A DNA stretch of 64,000 bases. It comes from Promethearchaeota archaeon. Its GTDB lineage: Archaea > Asgardarchaeota > Lokiarchaeia > Sigyniarchaeales > SOKP01. Under the pieces are notes generated by a model. That model did no database searches. It had not been told where the DNA came from and was given only the letters and a program-made list of their open reading frames with translations. The stretch spans positions 96,001-160,000 of the forward strand of contig JBHLOY010000004.1 in assembly GCA_048939995.1 (NCBI GenBank), written 5' to 3'. Made by a program: the position numbers and the translations under genes. Shown piece by piece: positions 19,924 to 29,996 of this stretch; within the stretch, counting starts at the first letter, position 1, and each line of letters opens with the position of its first letter.

Positions 19924-20589
19924 ATGGTTCCTACTCCTGCTTCATTAGAAGCGTGGTCAAAATTGAGGGTATTAAATCCCGATACAGGATGGTACATAAT
20001 CCCCCTCCTCGCTATTGTGCTCTATATTTACGGAGTCGAAATTAAAAAAGCAAGAGAGACGAAGGATTGGAGTACTATATTTGCAGGATTGACGATCTTA
20101 GGCTTAGACTTAATTAATGAAATCTGGAACGCTTTGGTTTTCGCTTTTTCTCAATATTCTGCTTTTTGGACGACTCCAGGAGCAAGTGCTTATATAATTT
20201 TAGTTGGATGGAATATTGAGATTTTCTTCATGTTTGCAATTGCTGGGATTATTTTTGCCAAGTTTCTCCCTAAAGATAAAGACGAAAGGATGTTTGGAGG
20301 TAGAATCCCAAATAGATGGGCCATGGCTACAGGCTTTGCACTATTTTGTGTTATTGTAGAAGTATTTCTAAACTTAGGAGGCTATCTTATTTGGGAATAT
20401 CCGTTCTGGCATTGGACATGGGGATTTGGTTTGATACCTATTTTCTTCATAGGTTACTTCTATTTCTTCGTAGGTGCTTTTTATGTATATGATAAACCGG
20501 AGTTAAAAGATAAAATAAAGATAGTTGGGATAATCTATGCCATCGGAATAGTTGCCTTATGTATTTTCATTCCACTTGGTTTGATGTAA
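19924..20589 (+). CDS. conserved multi-pass membrane protein
   Basis: About 6 TM helices with conserved-looking polar residues (NEIWN, GWNIEI, VEVFLN). Confidence 0.8.
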   Translation: MVPTPASLEAWSKLRVLNPDTGWYIIPLLAIVLYIYGVEIKKARETKDWSTIFAGLTILGLDLINEIWNALVFAFSQYSAFWTTPGASAYIILVGWNIEIFFMFAIAGIIFAKFLPKDKDERMFGGRIPNRWAMATGFALFCVIVEVFLNLGGYLIWEYPFWHWTWGFGLIPIFFIGYFYFFVGAFYVYDKPELKDKIKIVGIIYAIGIVALCIFIPLGLM

Positions 20590-20927
20590 ACAATAATTTT
20601 TTTCTTTTTTATAAAAATTACGATTTCAATTTCATTAAACAGAGATAAAAAAAATATTATTTTTGCATCTAATTTTTTGTTGTTTTTTCATAATTTTGGA
20701 TTTATATAAACGATTATTTGAACAAAATTACATAAAACATCCTTATAATCTTATTAAGAATTAGACCATATTTTATTAACATTCACAACACCAAGCTAAA
20801 AAAGTAGTTTTCGGGCGTAAGACACATACTTTAGAATAATAGGAAAGTATAAATAGGTAAATCAATATAGATAATATTGAAGCTAATTCTATATAAAATC
20901 TACAGAAAAAAATTTTGTAAACTATAG

Positions 20928-21470
20928 TTGAGACCGATGGTCGCAACCATTGAAGATTTTGAAAGGTCAAAACAATTTTTTGAAAGTGGCGATATACTTA
21001 GCACCATAGAGAGCTATGAGAAAGCGATTAATCACATTGAGCGCTCGAAAACAATTCAGAAAGAGGAATTAATAAATTTCTTGGATAATATTTTAAAATA
21101 TTGTCAAGAAAATAACTTAAAGACCGAGGAGGCAATGGTTCTTAGAGCTATAGGCCGCACATATACTAAATTCAAACAATATCCATTAGGCTTAAAATAT
21201 TCCTACCAATCATTAAAGATCCAGAAGAAACTCGGTAAAAAACTGGATATAGCAGAAAGTCTAGTGTTTTTGGCAGAGGATCTTGAGGTTTCTGGTAATT
21301 ATAACGAATGTATTAAAACATTTAACGAAGCTGCAGAAATATTCCATGAGTTAGGTAAATTAAGAAAAGAAAAGGACATTAAAAGAGAGATTTCTCGGTT
21401 GAAAGAATTTTCAAAGGAAATAACTGAAGATGAATACCTATTACATAAATTTAACATTGATAAATTTTAA
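20928..21470 (+). CDS. tetratricopeptide-repeat protein
   Basis: TPR-like helices (EAMVLRAIGRTY, AESLVFLA...Y...F.EA..IF.ELG); probable ATG at 20937. Confidence 0.8.
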   Translation: MRPMVATIEDFERSKQFFESGDILSTIESYEKAINHIERSKTIQKEELINFLDNILKYCQENNLKTEEAMVLRAIGRTYTKFKQYPLGLKYSYQSLKIQKKLGKKLDIAESLVFLAEDLEVSGNYNECIKTFNEAAEIFHELGKLRKEKDIKREISRLKEFSKEITEDEYLLHKFNIDKF

Positions 21471-21526
21471 ATTAGAATAGAATCAAAAGAAAAAATCAAC
21501 TTACTTTCTTTTTTTTTATATATTTA

Positions 21527-22825
21527 TTAGTAATCAAAACCCTTAACCTCTTCGGATAAAGACTTTAACTTTTCTTGAGCATAAGTGAGAATTTGTTTCA
21601 CAGGAATTCCAGTTTCTTTACTAACTCTTTTAAGATCTTCATATTCAGGTTTAATATTAACAATTTTTTTTCCCTTTTCTGTTTCATAATAAGAGATCTT
21701 ATATGAGATGCGGTAAAGGTTCCCTTGGACTTTCAATTCTGCAGTAACTATATCCCTATCTATACATACCCTTTTTAGAGCGTTAAATCTTACACCAAGA
21801 GTTCCTAATTCATCTAGTAAAGTTTCAATAATTTTAAAACTGTTTTCGGGGTGACACAATACTTTTACGATGTGACCCGGTCTATTTTTTTTAGTAATAC
21901 TCGGGATAACTTGAATATCAAGAATCTGTTTATTTTCCAAAATTTTAATTAAATTTCCTAATAATTCTCCAGAAACATCATCAACATCGGTTTCAATCAC
22001 AACAATATCCTCGACATATCTTTTCAAGAAATGTTGATTAGATTGAATTGCCTTATTGGATTCCTCACCATAGAAAATCCGTAAGATATTAAGGAAATCC
22101 TTAAACTCTTTATCCCCTGTGCTATAAACTACTTTTTTAATTATCATTTCATTAACATAGCTAGAGAATTTGGGCTTTAGATTAACTAATAAAGCTGCGC
22201 CAGTTGGAGTAACTAATTCATTCTCTATAGGACCGGATTCAGTTGTTAAGTTAGAATTTTCTAATATTTTTATCGTAGCTGGTGCGGGAATAGCTAGTAT
22301 TCCATGTGCTGTTTTAATTTTACCTGCTCCTAATGGTAGTTTGCTACAATATATTTCAAAAGGTTCTCCAAAATATCCTATAATATCTAAAGTTTTTGAT
22401 ACTCCTATTATATCCAATAATGTGTCCACTGAACTCAATTCATGTAAATGAATATTATTTATTAAAGAATCATGAACTTCTCCTTCTGCTTGAAATAAAG
22501 TCCCTAAAACATTAATAGCGTACTCTTTTGCTGATTCAGAAAACTTTTTTTCATTTAAAAATCTTTGTAATGAATCTTTTAGGTTATTTGCTGACCTATC
22601 ATGCTTATTTTCTTCAATATCTAGTTTAAGATGATTAACCACTATTCCAGTTCTTTTTACTTTTTCTAAATCAATCTCAAGCTTTTTAACTCCTTTGATG
22701 TAATTCTTTAAAATTTTTAGCTCATCTAATACATATTTAGGGTCAGAAATCAAACCTAATAAGGCAGCCAAGAGCATATCTCCAGAAATTCCAGAATTAG
22801 AGGTGTCAATATACAATACTTTCAT
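21527..22825 (-). CDS. larC: nickel insertion protein LarC
   Basis: GISGDM, VH...IHLHEL, AHG...PAPAT, ELVTPTGAA, ETDVDD, KKNRPG, KPEYED. Confidence 0.95.
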   Translation of the reverse strand: MKVLYIDTSNSGISGDMLLAALLGLISDPKYVLDELKILKNYIKGVKKLEIDLEKVKRTGIVVNHLKLDIEENKHDRSANNLKDSLQRFLNEKKFSESAKEYAINVLGTLFQAEGEVHDSLINNIHLHELSSVDTLLDIIGVSKTLDIIGYFGEPFEIYCSKLPLGAGKIKTAHGILAIPAPATIKILENSNLTTESGPIENELVTPTGAALLVNLKPKFSSYVNEMIIKKVVYSTGDKEFKDFLNILRIFYGEESNKAIQSNQHFLKRYVEDIVVIETDVDDVSGELLGNLIKILENKQILDIQVIPSITKKNRPGHIVKVLCHPENSFKIIETLLDELGTLGVRFNALKRVCIDRDIVTAELKVQGNLYRISYKISYYETEKGKKIVNIKPEYEDLKRVSKETGIPVKQILTYAQEKLKSLSEEVKGFDY

Positions 22826-22986
22826 TCATTACTCACTTTTCAAGAAATTAAATAATTTTTTCTTTAATAAGAATTGGGGTAAAATACTAGTACTAAAAAT
22901 AATAAATTCTAATTATTTTATGATAATTATTATAATAATTAAGAACTAATAATATTAAATTAAACTAATAATTTTGGGACTATAGA

Positions 22987-23721
22987 ATGAGTGAACTTCA
23001 AACTATTAAATGTTATTTGAACCAGTTACCTGCTACATTTTTAAAATTACTAAATATTGATCCTCCTCTTGATGTCCTTCCAGAACCAGTAGATTCTATG
23101 ATCGAAGCATATCAAGGCATTGAAAGAATCAGTATAAATCTCATTGATAATTTTGGTCTTTTTGAAATCACATATCATAAACCTGAGTTTATGATTAGGC
23201 AATCAGAAATGATGTTGTTATTATCCACTAAAAATCCATATACTTTAGGGGTGCTTCACCAAATTTTTTATGGGGGTTTTACGATGGAACCCAATGGTTT
23301 TCACCTTTTGCGATATCTTAATGAAAACGGAAAAAAATCATGCTTAATTGGTAGAAAGAAAGATGTAGAGCGATATGCTGGTGGAACGCTTTCAGTCCCT
23401 AAAGATACTGACATGGCAACTTGGATTGAGAGTGCGAAAACCATTAATAATTTTGACATATCACTAATGCATTATCTAGATTTTGAAAATCTTCATAAAC
23501 AACAACAAGCTTTGAAACAAAGGACTCCCGAAGACTTGATTGAAAAGTTAATTCTTCGTACAGATAAATGGATTTTAAGTAATTACAAACAATTAAGAGC
23601 TAATTCTTTAATGATAATTCTTGGAGATCATGGGCGCGTAAAACTAAACTTAGAATATTCTGGTAAGATTGCACAATGGCGTGAAGCATCAGTTCCAATT
23701 GCGATTGTTATAAAGAAATAA
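22987..23721 (+). CDS. divergent alkaline-phosphatase-superfamily protein
   Basis: LIDNFG, HYLDFENLH, IILGDHG motifs. Confidence 0.65.
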   Translation: MSELQTIKCYLNQLPATFLKLLNIDPPLDVLPEPVDSMIEAYQGIERISINLIDNFGLFEITYHKPEFMIRQSEMMLLLSTKNPYTLGVLHQIFYGGFTMEPNGFHLLRYLNENGKKSCLIGRKKDVERYAGGTLSVPKDTDMATWIESAKTINNFDISLMHYLDFENLHKQQQALKQRTPEDLIEKLILRTDKWILSNYKQLRANSLMIILGDHGRVKLNLEYSGKIAQWREASVPIAIVIKK

Positions 23722-23750
23722 ATCAAACTAATTATACTATTTTATGAAAT

Positions 23751-24302
23751 ATGGAAGAATATAAACGATTTACAGTCTCTCTTCCCAAAGATCTTTATGA
23801 TGAATTTGAGATTTTTAGAGAAACTATAAATATTTCTAGGTCTGACGCAATTAGGAAAGCAATGAAATCATTAATGGTGAGTGAAGAATATATCTCTGTT
23901 ATCTCTGGAAATGTTGTTGGTTGCATCTCTATAATCATGACTCATAAACACTTTGAGCAAAAAGATATTAATGAAAGTAAAGAGAAAATATACGATTTAA
24001 ATCGACATCAACATGGAATGGATCACGATGAATCTTATCATAGCCATGATTTTAGTTCAAGACCTGTTTATGCAAATATCCTACAGACAGATGAAATTTT
24101 AAAGAATGATATTCAACATCATTTTCATGACATTATTATATCTGCTTTGCATGTTCACTTAGAATATGAAAAATGTTTGGAAATTATTGCTGTTTCAGGA
24201 CCATATCAACGAGTAAGAAAGTTAAAAGATGATTTACAGAGATTAAAAAGTGTTTTATCAATAGGTTTTTTCATTGTTGATAAGGAATTAAAAAGAGATT
24301 AG
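23751..24302 (+). CDS. nikR: NikR nickel-responsive regulator with His-rich insertion
   Basis: RHH N-terminus (RFTVSLP...SRSDAIR) and Ni site IQH...LHVHL...CLEII. Confidence 0.92.
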   Translation: MEEYKRFTVSLPKDLYDEFEIFRETINISRSDAIRKAMKSLMVSEEYISVISGNVVGCISIIMTHKHFEQKDINESKEKIYDLNRHQHGMDHDESYHSHDFSSRPVYANILQTDEILKNDIQHHFHDIIISALHVHLEYEKCLEIIAVSGPYQRVRKLKDDLQRLKSVLSIGFFIVDKELKRD

Positions 24303-24648
24303 CGTTTAAAGATTTAAGGAGAAGGAGAGAATGTAGAATAAAAAATTCTACTTAAAAAGGGTAGGGTTAACGGATAAGGCGATTTTTTTTTAGAATTTTT
24401 TATTCTATAAGTTGTGTATGTAATGACTATAAATTATAAAAAACATAATTTAAATGAAAATACAGTATAAAATTTTTGATTTTCTCTTGTTCTCATCTTA
24501 TTTTTATCATTTTTTGACGTATAAGTAAGATTTTTATATCTAATCATTATTATACATTGTGTTGAAATCTAAGAAAAAACTAATTATATTATAATTCAAA
24601 TGATTTCAAGAAAATTGATTTTCTTCTAATCATATAGGTGCTCAAAAA

Positions 24649-25977
24649 ATGCATAAAACTAAAGTAAAAATTCTAATACTCATCCTAATTATGGGATTAT
24701 CAATTTTTGCTTTTCCCTTAGGAGCTACGGCATGTAAAAAACCTAAGTTAAAATTACTGGCTGGAGCATCTTCATTACCAATAACACCAATGACCACACC
24801 TGAAGGGGTTCCTATAAATCCAGATGGATCGCCTGTTTTTCTTGCTGGATTTGGCAGTTTTGGAGATCGCCCCGCAGTAGCTGTTCATGATGATATCTAT
24901 GTTCGTTGTTTAATTTTAAATTATGGCGGAATTTCAATTGTACTCGTAGCACTTGACTTAATCGGATATGATATCGATCTAGTTGACGATATTAGACAAG
25001 AAATCGAGATGGAATATGGTATAGATGCGAATAATGTTATTATAGCTTGTACGCACACTCACTCTGGACCTGACACTTTAGGACTTTGGACCCCACCACT
25101 TCCAGATTGGGGAGTTAATTGGCCATATATGGAATATATCAAAAATCAAATTCTAGAATGTATCAGTCAATCTTATTATAATTTAGAAAAAGCTAGAATA
25201 CGATTTGCTGCAACCAGTGTTCCAGGATTGATGAAAAATGCCCGTGATCCAGGAAGAGTATATCCCAATTTAGATCTAATGAAAGTAGAGGACAAAAGGG
25301 GAAATACCATCTCTACAATGATCAATTATGCAGGTCACCCAGAAGTTCTTTGGTCTGATAATTTCGTTATAACTTCAGATTATGTCGGATATCTCCGTGA
25401 TAAGGTCGAAGAAAAACTTGGTGGAATTGCAATCTTCTTCAATGGCGCTTTAGGAGGGATGATTACTCCAGATGTAGAGGAACATAAATTTGAGGAAGCG
25501 AAAGAAATAGGCTATACACTTGCTGAAGCCACAATTAATGCCTTAAAGCCCCCCAGATGGGTCAAAAAAGCACCTCCTAAAATGGCTTTTAACGTGGAAA
25601 AAGAATTATTTTCAGTTCCTTTAGAAAATGAGCAATTTTACGGTGCAATGTTGATGGGTATACTTTCTAGAGGAGAACCTTGGTATGTTGATCATCCAGG
25701 AATGGGAATAATAACTACAGAAGTTAATCTAATTACTATCGGAAATGCTCAAATGATCACATTGCCTGGAGAAGTCTTACCTAGTATAGGTTTTCGTCTA
25801 AGAGAAGCTATGACTGGAAAATTTAAGTTTCAGATAGGACTAGGTAATGATGAGTTAGGTTATATTATCCCGGAGGATGAATGGGATATAACAGAGTATG
25901 AAGAATCGATGTCCATAGGTGTACAAACTGGTATTATGATGGAAGCTATCCTCTTGGAAATGCTTGAGGGAACTTGA
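24649..25977 (+). CDS. secreted neutral/alkaline ceramidase-like hydrolase
   Basis: Signal-peptide-like N-terminus, VHDDIYVR, CTHTHSGP, NYAGHP, SDYVG, FNGALG, PGE, GYI. Confidence 0.8.
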   Translation: MHKTKVKILILILIMGLSIFAFPLGATACKKPKLKLLAGASSLPITPMTTPEGVPINPDGSPVFLAGFGSFGDRPAVAVHDDIYVRCLILNYGGISIVLVALDLIGYDIDLVDDIRQEIEMEYGIDANNVIIACTHTHSGPDTLGLWTPPLPDWGVNWPYMEYIKNQILECISQSYYNLEKARIRFAATSVPGLMKNARDPGRVYPNLDLMKVEDKRGNTISTMINYAGHPEVLWSDNFVITSDYVGYLRDKVEEKLGGIAIFFNGALGGMITPDVEEHKFEEAKEIGYTLAEATINALKPPRWVKKAPPKMAFNVEKELFSVPLENEQFYGAMLMGILSRGEPWYVDHPGMGIITTEVNLITIGNAQMITLPGEVLPSIGFRLREAMTGKFKFQIGLGNDELGYIIPEDEWDITEYEESMSIGVQTGIMMEAILLEMLEGT

Positions 25978-26002
25978 GCAAATAAGAAAACACAAAATTA
26001 AA

Positions 26003-26019
26003 TTTCTTTTTTTTTTTTT
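26003..26019 (+). terminator. archaeal oligo-T terminator candidate
   Basis: TTTCTTTTTTTTTTTTT run about 25 nt after the ceramidase stop, between convergent genes. Confidence 0.45.
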
Positions 26020-26073
26020 ATAAATATTAGAAAAAAAATATATTTAATTTATTACCTAATCAACCAATTCGGT

Positions 26074-26271
26074 CTAAAGATCTCTTTCTTGAACAGTTTT
26101 TCTATTGTTTGCCTTAGCGCGTTCGACAGCCTTATTTAATAAATCAAGTAAGATGGCGTTTAACTTATTTCCATCGAGAACTTCTGATGCGGTATTACAG
26201 CCCTTACCTTTGATGTATTCCTTTACTTTGCTTTTTACGAAAAGAGTATCTTGTGTGGGTTTTTTAGCCAT
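26074..26271 (-). CDS. short histone-fold protein, face-to-face/DUF1931-like type
   Basis: LFVKSKVKEYIK...RAKANNRKTVQERDL; strong GGAGG SD at 26280-26284. Confidence 0.9.
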   Translation of the reverse strand: MAKKPTQDTLFVKSKVKEYIKGKGCNTASEVLDGNKLNAILLDLLNKAVERAKANNRKTVQERDL

Positions 26272-26672
26272 TTTTTATTCCTCCTTTTATAATTTTAAAT
26301 TGTTTTGAAAATAAATTTGTATTTAAAATATAATTCTCTTAGCTTATATTTAAACTTAGTTGAAAAACCATCATAGAAGGTTAATATTATCAGTCTAGCC
26401 TTACTTTAAAAAAATCAATCTTTTAGGTGGTATACTATAAGATTTTAAATGTTTACAAATTTCTCAATAAAATTAGCCAATTACTCTGATTTAAATAGGT
26501 TCTAGATGAGTTTATTTTAAAACTTTTAAAAAGTATGTGTAGAGTTAAAAGAAACCAATCAAAAAATGAAGTAATGAGAGGTTGATACATTAAACGGTTT
26601 CATTATTATATTTTCTAATATTTTTTTAATTAAGTGTTTTACTCAATAATTTTTTAATTAGGATTAATTTGG

Positions 26673-28475
26673 ATGGAAACAATTTCTCTAAATGGAAAGT
26701 GGAAATGTAAGCCAGATTTTAATAATATTGGAATCTCTGAAAAGTGGTATAGTCCTAACAATTATAGCATAAATGATAATGAACTATTGGATATAGATAT
26801 TCCAAAAAGCTTTAATCTATTGAGGGGATTTGAGAATTTCGAGGGAATATTTTGGCATTTTTATCAATTTGATCTTAATGAAAAGCTAGACTTAGATAGT
26901 TATGTTTATAAACTTCGAATTAAAGGAAGCAACTATCACACGAAAGTTTGGCTAAATGGAAGTTTTCTAGGAGAGAATGATGGAGGTTTTCTTCCATTTT
27001 CTTTCAGACTGAAAGATACGATCCATCAACAAGAAAATCTTCTTATAATTCGAACTGAAAATTTACGAAGAAAAGAAAGACTACCGTCTCTTCATTTTGA
27101 TTGGTTAAATTGGGGTGGAATCTATAGGGACATTGACTTATTGATTTTAAGTAAAAGTAGAATAGAAAATGTGAAAATAAAGACGACTATTATTTCACAA
27201 AATAAGGCGAATATAGAGATTTATGTGAAAGCAATTGGTAGGGTATCTCTAATTTGGCAAGTATTAGATACAGATTTTACGACCCTTTTACATCAAGGAG
27301 AGGGTTCTGTATTTAATAGTGAGGATATGTTTTCTCTCTACATAAAGCATCCAAAACTATGGTCTCCTAATAAACCAAACTTATATTATTTAAAAATATA
27401 CTCCAATTCCCCTAATATTAACAAAACTACATTATTTGAAACTTATTTTGGAATCAGGCAAATTGAAGTTAAGGGTATAAACATTTATTTGAATAAAGAG
27501 AAGATAAAGTTAAAAGGAGTAAGCCTACATGAAGAGTACATGCCTTATGGAAGGACGATACCTTATGAAAAACGAAAAGAAGACATTTTAAATATCAAGG
27601 CCTTAGGATTTAACGCCATAAGAACCGCCCATTATCCACATGATGAAAGTATAGTAGAATTAGCTGATAAACTAGGGATTTTTATTTTGGAAGAAATCCC
27701 TGTTTATCAATATTGCGATTTCAAGAATGAAGATACTTTTAGATTAGCAATAAAAATGATTTATAAACTAATAAAGAGGGACTTTAATCATCCGAGTGTA
27801 ATTTGGTGGAGCGTTGGGAATGAAATCCCCGTACATCGCAGAGAGTGTGCAAAATTTATCATAAGATTAATGGAATTTGCACGAAAACTTGATGATACAA
27901 GAATAGTAACTTATGTTACTATGAAATTATCTCACGACTTTTTAAGAAGGTCTGCTGATGTTGCTACAATAAATACTTATTTTGGATGGTACTTTGGGAA
28001 TGTAAAGTTAATTAGCTTAGTTCTAGATACTATGAGAACACCGATATTTAACAAACCTTGGGTGTATACTGAATTTGGAGCAGGAGCAAAATATGGATTT
28101 CATGCTGATTGGAAAAAGCAAATAAGATTTAGTGAAGAGAAACAACTGTATGTGTTAGATTATACAATTAGAACGTTAAACTCAAAGAATTACATTGCAG
28201 GTTGGTTTATATGGATATATCGAGATTTTCGATCTCCAATTAGAACTTCAACTTATCAACAAGGCTATAATAGAAAAGGATTGGTAAGCGGTGAAAGAAA
28301 TGAAAAGAAGTTAATTTATCACCGATTTCCTAATTTAATTGACGATAAAAGAAAGATTTTTAATACTCAAGTACTAGGAATGATGATTTGGATAATCTTT
28401 TTTCCTTTTGTCTATTTTACATTTAGACACATTAACAGTTTTATTCATAAATTATACACTGCTAAAAAACTCTAA
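26673..28475 (+). CDS. glycoside hydrolase family 2 (beta-glucuronidase/galactosidase-like) with C-terminal TM helix
   Basis: GGIYRD, KGVSLHE, RTAHYP, NHPSVIWWSVGNE, TEFG. Confidence 0.93.
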   Translation: METISLNGKWKCKPDFNNIGISEKWYSPNNYSINDNELLDIDIPKSFNLLRGFENFEGIFWHFYQFDLNEKLDLDSYVYKLRIKGSNYHTKVWLNGSFLGENDGGFLPFSFRLKDTIHQQENLLIIRTENLRRKERLPSLHFDWLNWGGIYRDIDLLILSKSRIENVKIKTTIISQNKANIEIYVKAIGRVSLIWQVLDTDFTTLLHQGEGSVFNSEDMFSLYIKHPKLWSPNKPNLYYLKIYSNSPNINKTTLFETYFGIRQIEVKGINIYLNKEKIKLKGVSLHEEYMPYGRTIPYEKRKEDILNIKALGFNAIRTAHYPHDESIVELADKLGIFILEEIPVYQYCDFKNEDTFRLAIKMIYKLIKRDFNHPSVIWWSVGNEIPVHRRECAKFIIRLMEFARKLDDTRIVTYVTMKLSHDFLRRSADVATINTYFGWYFGNVKLISLVLDTMRTPIFNKPWVYTEFGAGAKYGFHADWKKQIRFSEEKQLYVLDYTIRTLNSKNYIAGWFIWIYRDFRSPIRTSTYQQGYNRKGLVSGERNEKKLIYHRFPNLIDDKRKIFNTQVLGMMIWIIFFPFVYFTFRHINSFIHKLYTAKKL

Positions 28476-28552
28476 TATAAGCAATATTTCCTCCAAAAAT
28501 TTGTTTTTATTAAAAGTTGGTGCTTTTTATATTTTAGTAATAACAAAGAGAT

Positions 28553-29359
28553 ATGACTTTACCAGAGAACTCTTCAGTTATCTCAAAAATTAAAAGATCC
28601 TCTGAAATATTAAGTATTCATAATTTGCTTGTGTTTAATAGGTCTGGAATTTGCATTTATGGAATTAGCTTTACAGATGTTTTTAGACTAGAACAAGAGC
28701 AACTTATATCCTCTTTTTTTACAGCTCTTATGTCTTTTACAAAAGAATTAATAGGAGATAAAATAAAAACCCTAGAAATGGGTGGAGGAGTAAAACTCAT
28801 TATTCTCGAGAAAGGAACTCTTTACTATGCTCTATTATGTGATGTTCATGAAAATCCGATTATACTTGAAAGAATCATATCTAGAGTGAATGTAAAATTT
28901 ATGAAGTATGTCAAGAAAAATCATATTAAAACAGGAATAGAGTACATTTATGATGATCAATTAGACCAGATTATTAAACACATCATCAAAGAGATGTCCA
29001 GCAGTGATTATAATCTAGAAAAAGAAGATAAAGTGATCAAATATTTAAAAATGATTCAATCGAATGATGAGATAAGTGAATTAGTCTTTTTAACTGATGG
29101 AGGGAAAATTCTTTATTCTACTGCCAGAAATAAAATATCTTTAAAGAAAGTCTTGAAAGAAATAGATTTTAGGATCAAGATTTGTAATAATTCTATTTTA
29201 AAAATGTTTTATACATCCAAAGACAATGAGTTAATATTTTCAGAATATTTTAATGAGAATTATCTAATTATTTTAATATTTGATACTAAGACTAAATTTG
29301 GTGTAGCTGAATTTTATTTACATAAAATTGTAGCTAAAATCAGAGAATTATTAAATTAA
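28553..29359 (+). CDS. tandem longin/roadblock-like domain protein
   Basis: LLVFNRSGICIY...LISSFFTALMSF (longin-like) and a second module LVFLTDGGKILYS. Confidence 0.65.
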   Translation: MTLPENSSVISKIKRSSEILSIHNLLVFNRSGICIYGISFTDVFRLEQEQLISSFFTALMSFTKELIGDKIKTLEMGGGVKLIILEKGTLYYALLCDVHENPIILERIISRVNVKFMKYVKKNHIKTGIEYIYDDQLDQIIKHIIKEMSSSDYNLEKEDKVIKYLKMIQSNDEISELVFLTDGGKILYSTARNKISLKKVLKEIDFRIKICNNSILKMFYTSKDNELIFSEYFNENYLIILIFDTKTKFGVAEFYLHKIVAKIRELLN

Positions 29360-29480
29360 CTGTTTATTATTTTCCATTCATAGGTTGTTTTCAATTAATT
29401 TATGAATTATAAAAATGAAATTAAAATTTTATCTTTTCTTCACTTAAAATTAATTAACTAAAATCATTATAAGATATAAT

Positions 29481-29981
29481 ATGACAAAAACAGAAGAAGG
29501 ATTGAAAGAGGCTTTTGCTGGTGAATCTCAAGCAAACAGAAAATATTTAGCTTTCGCAAAAAAAGCAGAACAAGAGGGTTATCCTGGTGTAGCTTTACTA
29601 TTTAGAGCTGCTGCTGCTGCTGAAACAGTTCATGCCCACAATCATTTAAGAGCACTGGGTGGTATAAAATCCACAATGGAAAACTTAAAAGATGCTATCG
29701 GCGGTGAATTTTACGAATTCACTAAAATGTATCCTGAATTTATTAATTATGCCAAAGTGGAACAAATTAAAGATGCAGAAAGATCCTTTAATTATGCTAA
29801 TGAGGTAGAAAAAATTCATCATAAATTATATGAAAAAGCATTAAAATTAGTGGAACAAGGAGAAGATCTAATGGTTAAAGAGATGCACATATGTTCAGTT
29901 TGTGGATATACCCATGAAGGAGAACCCCCCGATAAATGTCCTGTTTGTGGGGCTGCAAAAAAGGCTTTTCAAAAAGTATAA
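29481..29981 (+). CDS. rbr: rubrerythrin
   Basis: AFAGESQANRKY, ExxH pairs, C-terminal CSVCGY...CPVCG. Confidence 0.96.
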   Translation: MTKTEEGLKEAFAGESQANRKYLAFAKKAEQEGYPGVALLFRAAAAAETVHAHNHLRALGGIKSTMENLKDAIGGEFYEFTKMYPEFINYAKVEQIKDAERSFNYANEVEKIHHKLYEKALKLVEQGEDLMVKEMHICSVCGYTHEGEPPDKCPVCGAAKKAFQKV

Positions 29982-29996
29982 TCCTTTTTTTTATTT

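Noticed and set aside
22826-22986. NikR operator in the larC divergent promoter
   Set aside because: Region is extremely AT-rich; no convincing spaced palindrome can be distinguished from background.
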